Positions 42,456-52,396 of a stretch of DNA of 64,000 nt are shown here, piece by piece. The notes below the pieces were generated by a model, which searched no databases, was not told the DNA's origin, and saw only the letters and a list, made by a program, of their open reading frames with translations. The position numbers and the translations under genes were made by a program. This stretch comes from a candidate division WOR-3 bacterium UBA3073 (GTDB lineage: Bacteria > Hydrothermota > UBA3073). Position 1 is the stretch's first letter. Every line of letters begins with the position of its first letter. Location: assembly GCA_002366725.1 (NCBI GenBank), contig DFBT01000095.1:4910-68909 (forward strand). The letters are read 5' to 3'.

Positions 42456-42930
42456 AGAGTTCATAGAGGTATGCAGGAGTTTGAATGAGCATGGAGTAAG
42501 ATATGTGGTATGTGGTGGTTATGCTATCAAATTACATGGAGTTAAGGACATTGCCAAACAGGAACGCAAGACGGTGGATTATGATTTTATCCTCGACCCC
42601 TCTCGGGATAATATAGAGAAGATCAAAAAGGCGTTGAAAGATATTAATCCCAAGATAAAAGAGCTCAGAGATGATGATCTGAGCAGATATAGCACTGTGT
42701 TAATAGCAAGTGACACAGGGAGGTATCTTGACATAGACCTTATATCAAAGATATGGGATGTAGATTATGAAAGGGCTTCCAGCGGGATGATAGAGAAAGA
42801 GATAGGTGGGGTGAAAATACCTGTAGTAAGCATAGACTGTCTCCTTGAGATGAAAAAGGACTCATTCAGGTCTCGGGATATTACAGATACCTTCTGGCTT
42901 AGAAAGATAAAAGAGAGACAAAAAAGATAA
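42442..42930 (+). CDS. Minimal nucleotidyltransferase-fold protein (MNT/KNTase-like)
   Basis: 'VVCGGYAIKLHG...VDYDFIL' matches GG...DxD NTase motif; 162 aa. Confidence 0.55.
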   Translation: MKIDKEFIEVCRSLNEHGVRYVVCGGYAIKLHGVKDIAKQERKTVDYDFILDPSRDNIEKIKKALKDINPKIKELRDDDLSRYSTVLIASDTGRYLDIDLISKIWDVDYERASSGMIEKEIGGVKIPVVSIDCLLEMKKDSFRSRDITDTFWLRKIKERQKR

Positions 42931-43169
42931 AATGAGTGATATCAGTCTCACAAAAAACCTTACATGATGGAGTGCATCAGCTTGCTGATGCAAAACAAAA
43001 TGAGTAGCATGATATGTCGTAAAGAATCAAAAGAAAGTCACTATTGGATCAAGGTGATTTTAATACTGACGAGTCCTGCAAAATAGAAAATCGGGGATGA
43101 ATAATCGCAAGATCCGTATGGACAAGAATAAATTTAACAGGGATTGAAAGAGAACTTAAGAGAAAAAAA

Positions 43170-43213
43170 CCTGTCTACTCTGCCTACCTGCAGGCAGACG
43201 ACAGGTAGATAAG
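43170..43213. repeat. Nested palindrome CCTGTCTAC-TCTGCCTACCTGCAGGCAGA-CGACAGGTAG
   Basis: Downstream of the nucleotidyltransferase gene. Confidence 0.75.
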
Positions 43214-43364
43214 AAATGAAAAAGGAAAATTTCTTTCAATCTCTTTAAATCCCTGTTTGGAAAAGATCGGTGTATATATGTTTATACTTCGCAGGACATT
43301 AAAAAGTAAATCTCTGTGTTCTCTGCGAACTCTGCAGTTAAACTTATGAAGGGAGGTGAAATGG

Positions 43365-43553
43365 ATGCTGTCGGTGAAGGTGAGGGATGGAGAGTCGTTT
43401 GAAGCTGCATTTCGTAGATTTAAGAGGGAATGCGAGAAGAATCGCATACTGTCTTTGCTGAAGGAACGTGAGTACTACGAAAAGCCGTCCGAACGGCGTA
43501 AGCAGAAGAACGCCAAAAGATTGTGGGCGTCGAGAAAGGGAAGTAAAAAATAG
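43365..43553 (+). CDS. rpsU: 30S ribosomal protein S21
   Basis: '[43 protein letters not shown]' S21 signature; GGGAGGTGA RBS. Confidence 0.9.
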   Translation: MLSVKVRDGESFEAAFRRFKRECEKNRILSLLKEREYYEKPSERRKQKNAKRLWASRKGSKK

Positions 43554-43560
43554 TTAGATT

Positions 43561-45804
43561 ATGACCTGTACAGAGAGACTTGAATTTGATAAGGTCATCT
43601 CCTTAATTGCACAGAGGGCGGGTACAAAAAGGGGAAAGCACGCAATAGAAAAGCTCTCCCCGCTCAATGAGGCAGAGGCAATAGAAAGACGATATGCATT
43701 CATAAGGGAAGGTATGGAAATGGAGACACCCCCCTTGTACAGCGAGGAGAATCTGTCGGCTATCCTTACGAACCTCGGGGGGGGTGATACACTCTCACCG
43801 CAGGAACTCCTCGAGGTTGCGGGTTTCCTTGATTTCTTGAGGGAACTTAGGAATTATTTTACAAAGAATGATAGATGGCAATATCTATCATCTCTTGTCT
43901 CTTCGATCTCCATCCTCGCCGAGGAAAAACAGAAGATAACGGCTGTGGTAAAAAAAGATGGAGAGATCATCACCGGGAGGATATTGGAGCTGGAGGAGAA
44001 ACTTGGGGATTCCAGACAAAGGTTAAGAGACAGGCTTGGGAAGGGAGTTACCTTAAGGGGCGGGAGATACGTGATACCCGTGAAAGCGGGGAAGAAAGTA
44101 GACGGAATAGTGCACGATATATCGAGGGGAGGGAGTACTCTCTTCGTCGAACCTACGGACTGCGTCCCCCTCAACAACGAGGTTGAAATTGCGGCGAAGG
44201 GAATTGAACAGGAGAAGAAGAGGGTCTTAAGACAGTTAAACGCGTCCCTCAGTAAGAAACTTCCCGAGCTCAAGCATAACCTCGATGTGCTCGGTGAATA
44301 CGACGCCATCGTAGCGATATCCGATATATCGAGGAGAAAGGGATGGCAGATACCCGAGGTTGGGGATAGATTTTTAAGGATAATCGGGGGCAAACATCCG
44401 CTTCTCCAGTTGAAGAGAGATGTTGTCCCGCTCGATATGGAGATCGGTAGAAAATTTACAACTCTTCTTATAACGGGTCCCAATATGGGAGGAAAGACCG
44501 TTGCGTTGCAGACGGTGGGAATCCTCTCAATTATGGCACAATCGGGTATTCCCGTTCCCGCGTCACCCGATTCTGTCTTTCCCGTCTTTGATGAGATATT
44601 CGTCGATATAGGCGATGAGTCCTCCATAGAGACGGGGGAATCGTCATTCTCATTCCATTTAAAAGAACTGAAACGAATGCAGGACCGTGCCGCGGGGAAG
44701 AGTCTCCTTCTCGTTGATGAGATCGATAGGGGCACAGAACCCGACGGTGGAAGGGCGATCGCCTCCGCATTTCTCGAAGTGTTTACCGGGAAGAATGCCA
44801 TCACCATAGCCACTTCCCATTCCACCGCCCTTAAGTTCTTTGTCGCGGGAGAAGATGGTATGCAGAATGCGAGGATGGAAACTAAAAACGGTGCTCCAAC
44901 ATACAGACTTGGTATTGGATTTCCCGGAGAGTCACTGTGGCTTGAGACCGCGAGGTTCGTTGGAATAGATGATGGACTTCTAAAGAGGGCAGAGGAACTC
45001 GCAGACAAGAATATGCTGAAGACCGAGCACCTCTTAAGAGAACTGGAGGAGGAGAAGGGGAGGGCTTCCGAATTGAAGAGAAAGTTAGAAGAGAGGGAAA
45101 AAAATCTCGAAAATCAACTTGAGAGTGCACAATTGCTGAGGAAGAAATGGGGAGATGGGGTAGAAAGACTTAAAAAAGAGAGGAAAAAAATACTTCTCGA
45201 GGCGAGAAAAAGAGTGGAAAATCTTGTGAGGGAAATAAGGGAGAGCAACGCAAAAAGGGAGAGCATAGTTAGGATAAAGCGGGAGATAGAGCAAGAGTTG
45301 AAACGTGAATTGGGAGGTATGAAAAAGGTTGAAACTGAGAAGAGAGTAAAAAACCATAATTTCAGGGTTGGTGATGCGGCGAGAATTCGCTCGCTGGATG
45401 TTGTGGGAAGGATAATAGTTATCACCGAGAAGAGGATAACTCTACAGGTAGATGATGTGCGGTTTGAGATACCGCCAGAATCCGTCGAACCCGTAGACAA
45501 ACCCCGTGAAGTGAGGGCTGAATCACGACACCATGTGAGATTTGCGAGGAATAGAGAGTTAAAAGGTGAGATAAGTATACGCAACCTCAGGGTCGATGAG
45601 GCAATTCCACAACTCGAGAGATACATTGACGATGTGTGGCTGCTGGGAGAGAGAAATTTCAGGATAGTACACGGTGTGGGAAAGGGTATTTTAAAAAATG
45701 CGGTGTGGGAGTTCCTCTCAAAGGATGACAGGATAGAATCGTTTGAACTCGCTCCTTTAGAGGAGGGAGGCGACGGAGTTACGGTGGGGAAGATCAGATT
45801 GTAG
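43561..45804 (+). CDS. mutS2: Endonuclease MutS2 (MutS domain + C-terminal Smr)
   Basis: Walker A 'ITGPNMGGKTV', 'SFSFHLKELKRM', C-terminal Smr 'IVHGVGKGILK'; 747 aa. Confidence 0.9.
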   Translation: MTCTERLEFDKVISLIAQRAGTKRGKHAIEKLSPLNEAEAIERRYAFIREGMEMETPPLYSEENLSAILTNLGGGDTLSPQELLEVAGFLDFLRELRNYFTKNDRWQYLSSLVSSISILAEEKQKITAVVKKDGEIITGRILELEEKLGDSRQRLRDRLGKGVTLRGGRYVIPVKAGKKVDGIVHDISRGGSTLFVEPTDCVPLNNEVEIAAKGIEQEKKRVLRQLNASLSKKLPELKHNLDVLGEYDAIVAISDISRRKGWQIPEVGDRFLRIIGGKHPLLQLKRDVVPLDMEIGRKFTTLLITGPNMGGKTVALQTVGILSIMAQSGIPVPASPDSVFPVFDEIFVDIGDESSIETGESSFSFHLKELKRMQDRAAGKSLLLVDEIDRGTEPDGGRAIASAFLEVFTGKNAITIATSHSTALKFFVAGEDGMQNARMETKNGAPTYRLGIGFPGESLWLETARFVGIDDGLLKRAEELADKNMLKTEHLLRELEEEKGRASELKRKLEEREKNLENQLESAQLLRKKWGDGVERLKKERKKILLEARKRVENLVREIRESNAKRESIVRIKREIEQELKRELGGMKKVETEKRVKNHNFRVGDAARIRSLDVVGRIIVITEKRITLQVDDVRFEIPPESVEPVDKPREVRAESRHHVRFARNRELKGEISIRNLRVDEAIPQLERYIDDVWLLGERNFRIVHGVGKGILKNAVWEFLSKDDRIESFELAPLEEGGDGVTVGKIRL

Positions 45805-45807
45805 TGA

Positions 45808-45860
45808 GGTGATGGGGTGATGGGGTGATGGGGTGATGGGATGGTGGGTTAATGGGATGA
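45808..45860. repeat. Nonamer tandem (GTGATGGGG)x4 + degenerate units
   Basis: Immediately after mutS2 stop. Confidence 0.8.
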
Positions 45861-45904
45861 TGGGTTTTTGGTAGGAGCGACCTCCTGGTCGCGATAGTGA
45901 TGAA

Positions 45905-46318
45905 TTGATAGGAGAAAAAGTGAAAGAGTATACGAAAAGAAGAAATATTAATCGTGGATATATGAAGTTGGAAGTATGGCAAGATGCAATGGAATTATTC
46001 AAACTTACATCTGGTATAATGTGCGGGACTCCCAATGTAGACTTCAGATTGAGGGGGCAGATTCTTGGTTCTGCTCAATCGATTGCCTCCAATATTGCAG
46101 AGGGATACTGCCGAAGGTCTATTAACGAATATTTATATTTTCTAAATGTTGCACTTGGGTCTTCGGGCGAGGTCATGACCCGTGTAATTGGCGTTAAGCT
46201 TATAGGCCAATTGAGGGAAAAAGATTTTGAGAGCTTTGACGAACTTCATTACAAGGTAGAAAATAAGTTGCTTGCGTTAGTTAAGTCGTTACAAGCAAAG
46301 CGGAGTGATGCGGTGTAG
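45905..46318 (+). CDS. Four-helix-bundle protein (TIGR02436; 23S rRNA intervening-sequence-protein family)
   Basis: 'LEVWQDAMELFKL...LGSAQSIASNIAEGYCR...EYLYFLNVALGSSGEV'; true start may be internal (MKLEVWQ ~45962). Confidence 0.75.
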   Translation: MIGEKVKEYTKRRNINRGYMKLEVWQDAMELFKLTSGIMCGTPNVDFRLRGQILGSAQSIASNIAEGYCRRSINEYLYFLNVALGSSGEVMTRVIGVKLIGQLREKDFESFDELHYKVENKLLALVKSLQAKRSDAV

Positions 46319-46320
46319 TC

Positions 46321-46445
46321 CCCATTGACGCATCAACCCATTAACGCATCAACCCATTAACCCATTAACGCATTAACCCATTAACGCATTAACCCATTAA
46401 CGCATTAACCCGTTAACGCATCAACCCATTAACGCATTAACCCAG
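46321..46445. repeat. 16-bp tandem repeat (CCCATTAACGCATTAA)x~7.5, each unit containing GTTAAC
   Basis: Between the four-helix-bundle gene and dnaG. Confidence 0.9.
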
Positions 46446-46454
46446 TAGTCTCCT

Positions 46455-48104
46455 ATGAGATTTACAGAGGACACATTAAACAGGATCAGGGATGAGAACC
46501 CGATAGAAGATGTCGTATCGGAGTTTCTCGAACTCAAGAGATCGGGCAAGAACTATAGAACACTCTGCCCATTTCACACGGAGAAGACCCCGAGTTTCTT
46601 CGTGTCTCCCGAGAGGGGAATTTATCACTGCTTCGGGTGTGGGAAGAGTGGAAACGTGATCACATTCCTTATGGAATACAAGGGTATGACATTCCCGGAA
46701 GCGGTGAGATTTCTTGCGGAGAGGGCGGGGATAGCGATAAAAGGGGAAGAGGAAAAAAATTTAGACATACTGAAGGTGTTGGAATATGCGGGTGGGTTGT
46801 ATCACGATACGCTGCTTGAGAAACCGCGGGGTAAACCGGGACTTGCTTATCTTAAAAAAAGGGGAGTAAAAAACGACACCATAGTTGCCTTCAAGCTGGG
46901 TTATGCACCCGGCTCACAGAGATACCTCATTGAGAGTGCATTGAAAGAGGGAATAAAGCGGGAGCTACTTGAAAGGGCAGGACTCGTTACAGAAGGCAGG
47001 GACAAGTTCATAAAGAGGGTCATGTTCCCCGTGTTCAATACCGCCGGAAGAATTGTCGGCTTCAGCAGCAGGGTTGTAGATGATAGTCAACTACCAAAAT
47101 ACATGAATTCTCCAGACACGGAGGTATATAAGAAGTCGAATACCCTGTATGGATTGCATCAGACGAGGGGGGATATAAGGAAGGAGAAACTCGCCGTTCT
47201 GGTTGAGGGAAATCTGGATCTTCTGTCTGTATGGCAGGCGGGGGTTAAGAATGTGGTCGCCTCTCTGGGAACATCGCTGACAGATGGACAGGCAAGTCTC
47301 CTATCGAGGTATGCGAGAAATACCGTTATATTTTATGATTCCGATGATGCCGGGCTGAAGGCGGCGAGAAGGGCCGTAGATATCCTCCTGAAAAACTCAC
47401 TCGGTGTTAGGGTGGCAGTACCACCTGCGGGGTACGATCCCGACTCTCTCGTTAGGGAAAGGGGAATTGATTACGGGAGATTTTTGAAGACAACCGTGGA
47501 CTTCCTCGAATTTGTTATAAATGAAAAAAAAATAGATAATCCAGATGATAAAGTCGTTTTAATAAATGTAGTAAGGAATATACTGTCTCTCTTGAATGAC
47601 CCAATAAGAATGGAAGTATGGACTGGCGAGGCTTCCAAGAGGCTTGGCATAAGTAAATCATTACTTGCAGTTGGGGGTAGCAAAGGAAGAAGTACTGAAC
47701 GCGGGAATTATGTGGATGTGAGGAGCAGGGTGGAGGCAGAGCTCTTGGGTTTTGCTTTAAAGGATAAGTCTGTATGGAATTTCGTAAAAAAATCGGAGGA
47801 TGTTATACAGACCCCGGCGATTAAAGAAATTTTTAAAGAGAAGATAACTGATTCTGAGGGAGCAATGAACAGGATAAAACCCGATCTAAGAAGAATTGTG
47901 GGGGAGATTTTATTTACCGAGAGAGGAAAGGGGGAGGAATTGGAGGTAACAAATTGCCTGTTAAAAAAGCTGAGGAACTGGGATATAAAAAGTAATCTTA
48001 AAACTATGAGAGAGATGATGAGGCGAGAAAGCGATCAAGGACGTTTAAAAGAACTCATTATAAAATACGAAAAAATGCAACGAGAGGCAAGGGAAACAAT
48101 ATAA
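46455..48104 (+). CDS. dnaG: DNA primase
   Basis: Zinc ribbon 'CPFHTEKTPSF...CFGCGKSGNVITF', TOPRIM 'LVEGNLDLLS...FYDSDDAG'. Confidence 0.95.
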   Translation: MRFTEDTLNRIRDENPIEDVVSEFLELKRSGKNYRTLCPFHTEKTPSFFVSPERGIYHCFGCGKSGNVITFLMEYKGMTFPEAVRFLAERAGIAIKGEEEKNLDILKVLEYAGGLYHDTLLEKPRGKPGLAYLKKRGVKNDTIVAFKLGYAPGSQRYLIESALKEGIKRELLERAGLVTEGRDKFIKRVMFPVFNTAGRIVGFSSRVVDDSQLPKYMNSPDTEVYKKSNTLYGLHQTRGDIRKEKLAVLVEGNLDLLSVWQAGVKNVVASLGTSLTDGQASLLSRYARNTVIFYDSDDAGLKAARRAVDILLKNSLGVRVAVPPAGYDPDSLVRERGIDYGRFLKTTVDFLEFVINEKKIDNPDDKVVLINVVRNILSLLNDPIRMEVWTGEASKRLGISKSLLAVGGSKGRSTERGNYVDVRSRVEAELLGFALKDKSVWNFVKKSEDVIQTPAIKEIFKEKITDSEGAMNRIKPDLRRIVGEILFTERGKGEELEVTNCLLKKLRNWDIKSNLKTMREMMRRESDQGRLKELIIKYEKMQREARETI

Positions 48105-48143
48105 GTAGTTAATTTAAAAATGCCCTTTGAAGGGACTGGAGGG

Positions 48144-49643
48144 ATGATGAGAATAGATTATATCAAGATTCTCAAGTACGCCAATGTTAAAGGTAACCTC
48201 ACCTACGAAGACCTAAACAAATTACTTCCCACGGAATTAATACAGCCGGGTGACATAGATAAAATTATATCTGACCTTCGTGAGCAGGGGGTTACCATTT
48301 CCGGGGAAGATGAATCGGAGAATAAAAAGTTGCAGGAATTGCCCGTCATGGGGGATAGGCTTGAGGACCCCACGAAGATATACTTGAAAGAGATGTCCCG
48401 ATCCGTCCTTCTCAATAAGGAACAAGAGATCGAGTTTTCAAAGACGATAGAATGTGGATATGAACAGATTACGAGGGCTGCATTCTCAACACTCGTTGCC
48501 ATCGATAAGTTGTTATCGTACAGGGAAAAGATATTGACGAACAGGATACCACCGGATGAATTTGTGCGTATAGGTGTTGTGGAGCCCTCAAGACGTGAAC
48601 TACGAAAAGAGAAGGGGAGAATATTATCGAGTCTTGATAAGATCGACGAAAAGAGAACGGAAATACTCAAACTGTATCACAGGGAAATGCTTGAGAAGAT
48701 GGAGAAGAAGAAAGAAGAAATAAAGGAGATGGTCATTGACCTCGGACTTCATTTTCTGTATTTGGATGAGATCGTAAGCACCCTTGAAGAGTATCTGGAG
48801 GAATTAAAGGGCAACGAATCTTGCAAGTGCGAGCTTGAGGCAATACTGGGAATAAAAATAGAGAACCTTCCCGCTCTCATCAAGAGGATAAAGAAGTACC
48901 ACCAGAAGGTTGAAACGGCTAAAGAGTCTATGGTAAATGCGAATGTGAGACTTGTGGTGTCTATAGCGAGGAAATACACCGGCAGGGGGTTGGAGTTTGA
49001 CGACCTCATCCAGGAAGGCAACAACGGTCTCATAAAGGCGGTTGCAAAGTTTAATTATCGCAAGGGGTACAAATTCTCTACATACGCCACCTGGTGGATA
49101 AGGCAAGCCATCTCGAGGGCAATTGCGGACCAGTCAAGGACTATTCGTGTGCCGGTGCATATGCTCGAACTCTCACATCGTGTTCTCAAGGCAACAAAAC
49201 AATTTATTCAGGAGCACGGGAGAGAGCCCACCACAGAGCAATTGTCCTTAATTCTCGATGTTTCGGAGAGAAAGATAAGGACAGTATACCGAATCGCACA
49301 GGATACCATTTCCCTTGATAAACCGGTGGGTAGCGATGAGGATTCATTTTTCGGCGATTTCATAGCGGATGAGAACACCGGTTCACCCGCGGAGGAAATC
49401 GGAAGGATGTTTTTAAAGTGCAAGATCGATGAGATATTGAGTTCGCTTACAAAGAAGGAGAAAGAGGTTATTGAAATGCGATTTGGTCTCATAGACGGTG
49501 TTTCCCGTACACTCGAAGAGGTTGGTAATATGTTCGATGTCACAAGGGAAAGGGTGAGACAGATTGAGCAAAAGGCAGTTAGAAAACTCCGCCATAAAAA
49601 TAGAAAGAAGAAATTGGAGCCTTTTCTGGATTTCTTAAGATAA
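48144..49643 (+). CDS. rpoD: RNA polymerase sigma factor RpoD (sigma-70)
   Basis: Region 2 '[24 protein letters not shown]', region 4 '[20 protein letters not shown]'; start at ATG after GGAGGG. Confidence 0.95.
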   Translation: MMRIDYIKILKYANVKGNLTYEDLNKLLPTELIQPGDIDKIISDLREQGVTISGEDESENKKLQELPVMGDRLEDPTKIYLKEMSRSVLLNKEQEIEFSKTIECGYEQITRAAFSTLVAIDKLLSYREKILTNRIPPDEFVRIGVVEPSRRELRKEKGRILSSLDKIDEKRTEILKLYHREMLEKMEKKKEEIKEMVIDLGLHFLYLDEIVSTLEEYLEELKGNESCKCELEAILGIKIENLPALIKRIKKYHQKVETAKESMVNANVRLVVSIARKYTGRGLEFDDLIQEGNNGLIKAVAKFNYRKGYKFSTYATWWIRQAISRAIADQSRTIRVPVHMLELSHRVLKATKQFIQEHGREPTTEQLSLILDVSERKIRTVYRIAQDTISLDKPVGSDEDSFFGDFIADENTGSPAEEIGRMFLKCKIDEILSSLTKKEKEVIEMRFGLIDGVSRTLEEVGNMFDVTRERVRQIEQKAVRKLRHKNRKKKLEPFLDFLR

Positions 49644-49716
49644 CACCCGGCACTACCGGTCCGCCCCCGCCGAAGCGGGGCAGACGTCAGGCAAGTTGTC
49701 ATTTTACATTTTGATT

Positions 49717-49736
49717 CCTGCCTGCCGGCAGGCAGG
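49717..49736. repeat. 20-bp perfect palindrome CCTGCCTGCCGGCAGGCAGG
   Basis: Downstream of rpoD, flanked by cattttgatt / tttgattc. Confidence 0.85.
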
Positions 49737-49769
49737 TTTGATTCTTGCATTGTTCAATATGGGGGTGTC

Positions 49770-50216
49770 ATGGTAAATATATTAGACTATCTGAAAGAGG
49801 AAAACATTAAGATAGATTTGGGGGCAAGGAATAAGAAAGAAGTGATAAAGGGTCTTCTTAAATCCAAATCTCTGGATAGCAAGAAGATACTTCAGGGGAT
49901 AATGAAGAGAGAGGAACTCGAATCCACGGGATTCGGCAATGGAATTGCCGTGCCACATGCCCGCATAGACGGGATTCCTTCCATCCTAATTCTTGTGGGT
50001 GTGTCCAGAGAGGGCGTTGAGTTCGATTCACTGGATGGTAAACCCGTAAATCTCGTCTTCCTGATTCTCGCCCCCAAAAGTGAAACAAAACTCTACATAT
50101 ACATCCTTGCAAAACTTATAAAAATACTGGAGAAAAAAAAGAATATAAAGGAACTGATTAGCACCGATACACCCCAATCATTCATAGAAAAACTCCGCAG
50201 TATTGAGGGAATGTAA
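49770..50216 (+). CDS. PTS EIIA type-2 / PtsN-like protein (second paralog)
   Basis: 'GNGIAVPHARIDGI' active-site His region, 148 aa. Confidence 0.7.
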   Translation: MVNILDYLKEENIKIDLGARNKKEVIKGLLKSKSLDSKKILQGIMKREELESTGFGNGIAVPHARIDGIPSILILVGVSREGVEFDSLDGKPVNLVFLILAPKSETKLYIYILAKLIKILEKKKNIKELISTDTPQSFIEKLRSIEGM

Positions 50217-50910
50217 TATGTTCCGACTTATAATTACAGGTGAGGATGAAGGTGCATATAATATGGCAGTGGATTCCGCCATTCTTGAGAAGTTCAAAGA
50301 GGGTAGTACACCCCCAACCATTCGTTTCTTCTGGTTTGCCCCCCCCTGTGTAAGTATTGGCAGGCTTCAGTGTCCGGATACCGTCGACGGTGCGGAATAT
50401 TACCTCGTAAGGAGACCAACCGGCGGAAGGGCTGTGGTGCATGAGGATGACCTCTCGTACAGTATAAGTTGCAAAAGAGATGATTCCGTGTTTGGAGGGA
50501 ATGTACTGCAGACCTATATGAGGTCGTCCCGTATACTCGTAGAAGCGGTGAGACGGCTTGAAATAGACGCTGAGATAGTCAGAACAAGATCGGGTGGTGA
50601 AAGGTCTCCTTTATGCTTTCAATCTAAGAGCAGATACGAAGTCGTAAGCGGTGATAAAAAGATTATAGGAAGTGCCCAGAAGAGGGAAGGCGAGTTCGTT
50701 CTCCTTCAGGGAAGTATTTCTCTCGATGTCGATATGGAGATGGTTATAGACAAATATAGATCGGTTCTCCACGATATGGGCATAGGATATTCGGTGGATA
50801 GTCTTACAGAGGAAGAGAAAACCCTCGCCCTTCTCCATACCCCCATGTTCAGGATAAACAAAATCAAAAATCAAAAATCAAAAATTAGACGTTGTCCCGA
50901 AGTGTTGTGA
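50203..50910 (+). CDS. Lipoate/octanoate-protein ligase family protein (BPL_LplA_LipB catalytic domain)
   Basis: 'RRPTGGRAVVHEDDLSYS' LplA/LipB core; C-terminal 11 aa encoded by the AAAATCAAAAATC repeat. Confidence 0.7.
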   Translation: MRECNMFRLIITGEDEGAYNMAVDSAILEKFKEGSTPPTIRFFWFAPPCVSIGRLQCPDTVDGAEYYLVRRPTGGRAVVHEDDLSYSISCKRDDSVFGGNVLQTYMRSSRILVEAVRRLEIDAEIVRTRSGGERSPLCFQSKSRYEVVSGDKKIIGSAQKREGEFVLLQGSISLDVDMEMVIDKYRSVLHDMGIGYSVDSLTEEEKTLALLHTPMFRINKIKNQKSKIRRCPEVL

Positions 50911-51100
50911 TAACAAAAAAGAGGACACCTGTCATTGCGAGTGAACGAAGTGAACGTGGCAATCTTATCTTTAATATCCCTTATTGCACTCTGTAACGAA
51001 TTCTGTGCAATAAATCCTCTATTGAAATGAAACTTGTTGACATCCAATATAGATAGCTTTGACGAAATCGCAATACTTTGGGACATTCCCCAAAATTAAA

Positions 51101-51141
51101 CCTGCCTGCCGCCTGCCTACCGCAGGCAGGCGGCAGGCAGG
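51101..51141. repeat. Double/nested palindrome CCTGCCTGCCGCCTGCCTACCGCAGGCAGGCGGCAGGCAGG
   Basis: Downstream of the lplA-like gene. Confidence 0.85.
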
Positions 51142-51448
51142 TGCGGTTAATTCTACATAACGGCGACTCATTTTTTATTTGACATTTTGAAAAAAATGTA
51201 GTATAATACAACAGAAGGCAACTTGATTGGTACTGGATATTTTTTCTCTTAAATTTTCTTCAGATCTCTTAAGTTCTCTGTTGATGAAAAGCTTTAAATT
51301 AACAGGGATGGAACGAGAAATGTATGAGATTAAAAAAAAGATAAAAATTCTCTTTCAATCTCTTAAGTTCCCTGTTAAAAAGGAAGTAATCTCTTAAATC
51401 TCTGTTGTTAACTGATAAACTTCAATCAATCTTTTAATCTCTGTGCTC

Positions 51449-51468
51449 CCTGCCTGCCGGCAGGCAGG
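51449..51468. repeat. 20-bp perfect palindrome CCTGCCTGCCGGCAGGCAGG
   Basis: ~50 nt upstream of fabG. Confidence 0.85.
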
Positions 51469-51516
51469 TCTGTGGTTAGATTTTTGACAATGCCTGATGC
51501 TGAATGAGGAGGATAT

Positions 51517-52233
51517 ATGGCGGAGAAGATAAGTATTGTAACGGGGGGTGCGAGGGGGATAGGGAAGACGATAGCTGCCTCGTTGAAGGAGCAAGGAAGC
51601 GGGGTATTTATATGGGATGTGAGCGAGGAGGGAGAGAAGACCGCGGATGAACTCGGAGTAAAATTTGTGAAAGTGGATATATCCAGTTACGAAGATGTGA
51701 ATAAAAATGTGAAGGCTTTATTGGAGGATGTTGGTAAAATCGATGTATTGATCAACAATGCGGGCATAACGAGGGATAATTTACTTTTGAGAATGAGTGA
51801 GGAAGAGTTTGACTCCGTGATACGGGTCAATCTCAAGGGGACATTCAACACCACACATGCGGTGCTTCGCTCCATGATGAAAAATAGATGGGGGAGGATA
51901 GTGAATATTTCCTCCGTCATCGGGATTATAGGCAACAGGGGGCAGGCAAACTATGCCGCATCGAAGTCGGGAATTATAGGATTTACAAAATCGGTGGCAA
52001 AAGAGGTCGCCACTCGGGGAATTACCGTAAACGCAATTGCGCCCGGATTTATAGAAACCGAAATGACGGAGAGGCTTTCGGATGAGGTGAAGACGGCATA
52101 TCTGAAATCCATCCCGATGAGGAGGTCTGGCAGCCCGGACGATGTTGCAAATCTCGTCCTCTTCCTCGTTTCTGACTCCGCCTCGTATATAACCGGTCAG
52201 GTTATACATGTGGACGGAGGAATGCTAATGTGA
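51517..52233 (+). CDS. fabG: 3-oxoacyl-[acyl-carrier-protein] reductase (SDR)
   Basis: 'IVTGGARGIGKTIA', 'NAG', catalytic 'YAASKSGIIGFTKSVAKE', 238 aa. Confidence 0.9.
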   Translation: MAEKISIVTGGARGIGKTIAASLKEQGSGVFIWDVSEEGEKTADELGVKFVKVDISSYEDVNKNVKALLEDVGKIDVLINNAGITRDNLLLRMSEEEFDSVIRVNLKGTFNTTHAVLRSMMKNRWGRIVNISSVIGIIGNRGQANYAASKSGIIGFTKSVAKEVATRGITVNAIAPGFIETEMTERLSDEVKTAYLKSIPMRRSGSPDDVANLVLFLVSDSASYITGQVIHVDGGMLM

Positions 52234-52306
52234 GCCGGCGTAGCTCAGATGGAAGAGCACCTGACTGTGGATCAGGGTGTCATGGGTTCAAGTCCCGTCG
52301 CCGGTA
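52234..52306 (+). tRNA. tRNA-His (anticodon GTG)
   Basis: Hand-folded cloverleaf: acceptor GCCGGCG/CGCCGGT (G1-U72), D-arm GCTC-AGATGGAA-GAGC, anticodon stem CCTGA/TCAGG with loop CTGTGGA, T-arm ATGGG-TTCAAGT-CCCGT, discriminator A; no encoded G-1 or CCA; starts right after fabG stop. Confidence 0.7.
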
Positions 52307-52316
52307 TATACCCCAA

Positions 52317-52356
52317 TATCCCTCGGATGCAGACTGCATTCCGAGGGATATTTTAT
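52317..52356 (+). terminator. Rho-independent terminator hairpin after tRNA-His
   Basis: 'ATCCCTCGGAtgcagactgcaTTCCGAGGGAT' stem followed by ATTTTATTC. Confidence 0.6.
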
Positions 52357-52376
52357 TCAAAATTTAGCCCGTCTAC

Positions 52377-52396
52377 CCTGCCTGACGGCAGGCAGG
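52377..52396. repeat. Palindrome variant CCTGCCTGACGGCAGGCAGG
   Basis: Downstream of tRNA-His and its terminator. Confidence 0.85.

Noticed and set aside
40474-42464. Minus-strand proline-rich ORFs (136 aa '[13 protein letters not shown]', 260 aa)
   Set aside because: They are antisense to the dnaK C-terminal repeat region and to dnaJ. The repetitiveness mirrors the sense-strand G/E/K-rich repeats.
43854-45008. 384-aa minus-strand ORF
   Set aside because: It is antisense to mutS2, S/P-rich and low-complexity, with no start context. It is a shadow ORF.
46321-46445. Possible CRISPR array
   Set aside because: The units are only 16 bp and directly abutting, with no spacers, and there are no cas genes. 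It is a simple tandem (minisatellite-like) repeat.
50100-50225. Apparent 1-nt frame inconsistency between the displayed sequence and the ORF-track coordinates around 50160-50220
   Set aside because: This is most likely my own character-counting slip. The ORF-track coordinates were kept, and no frameshift claim is made.
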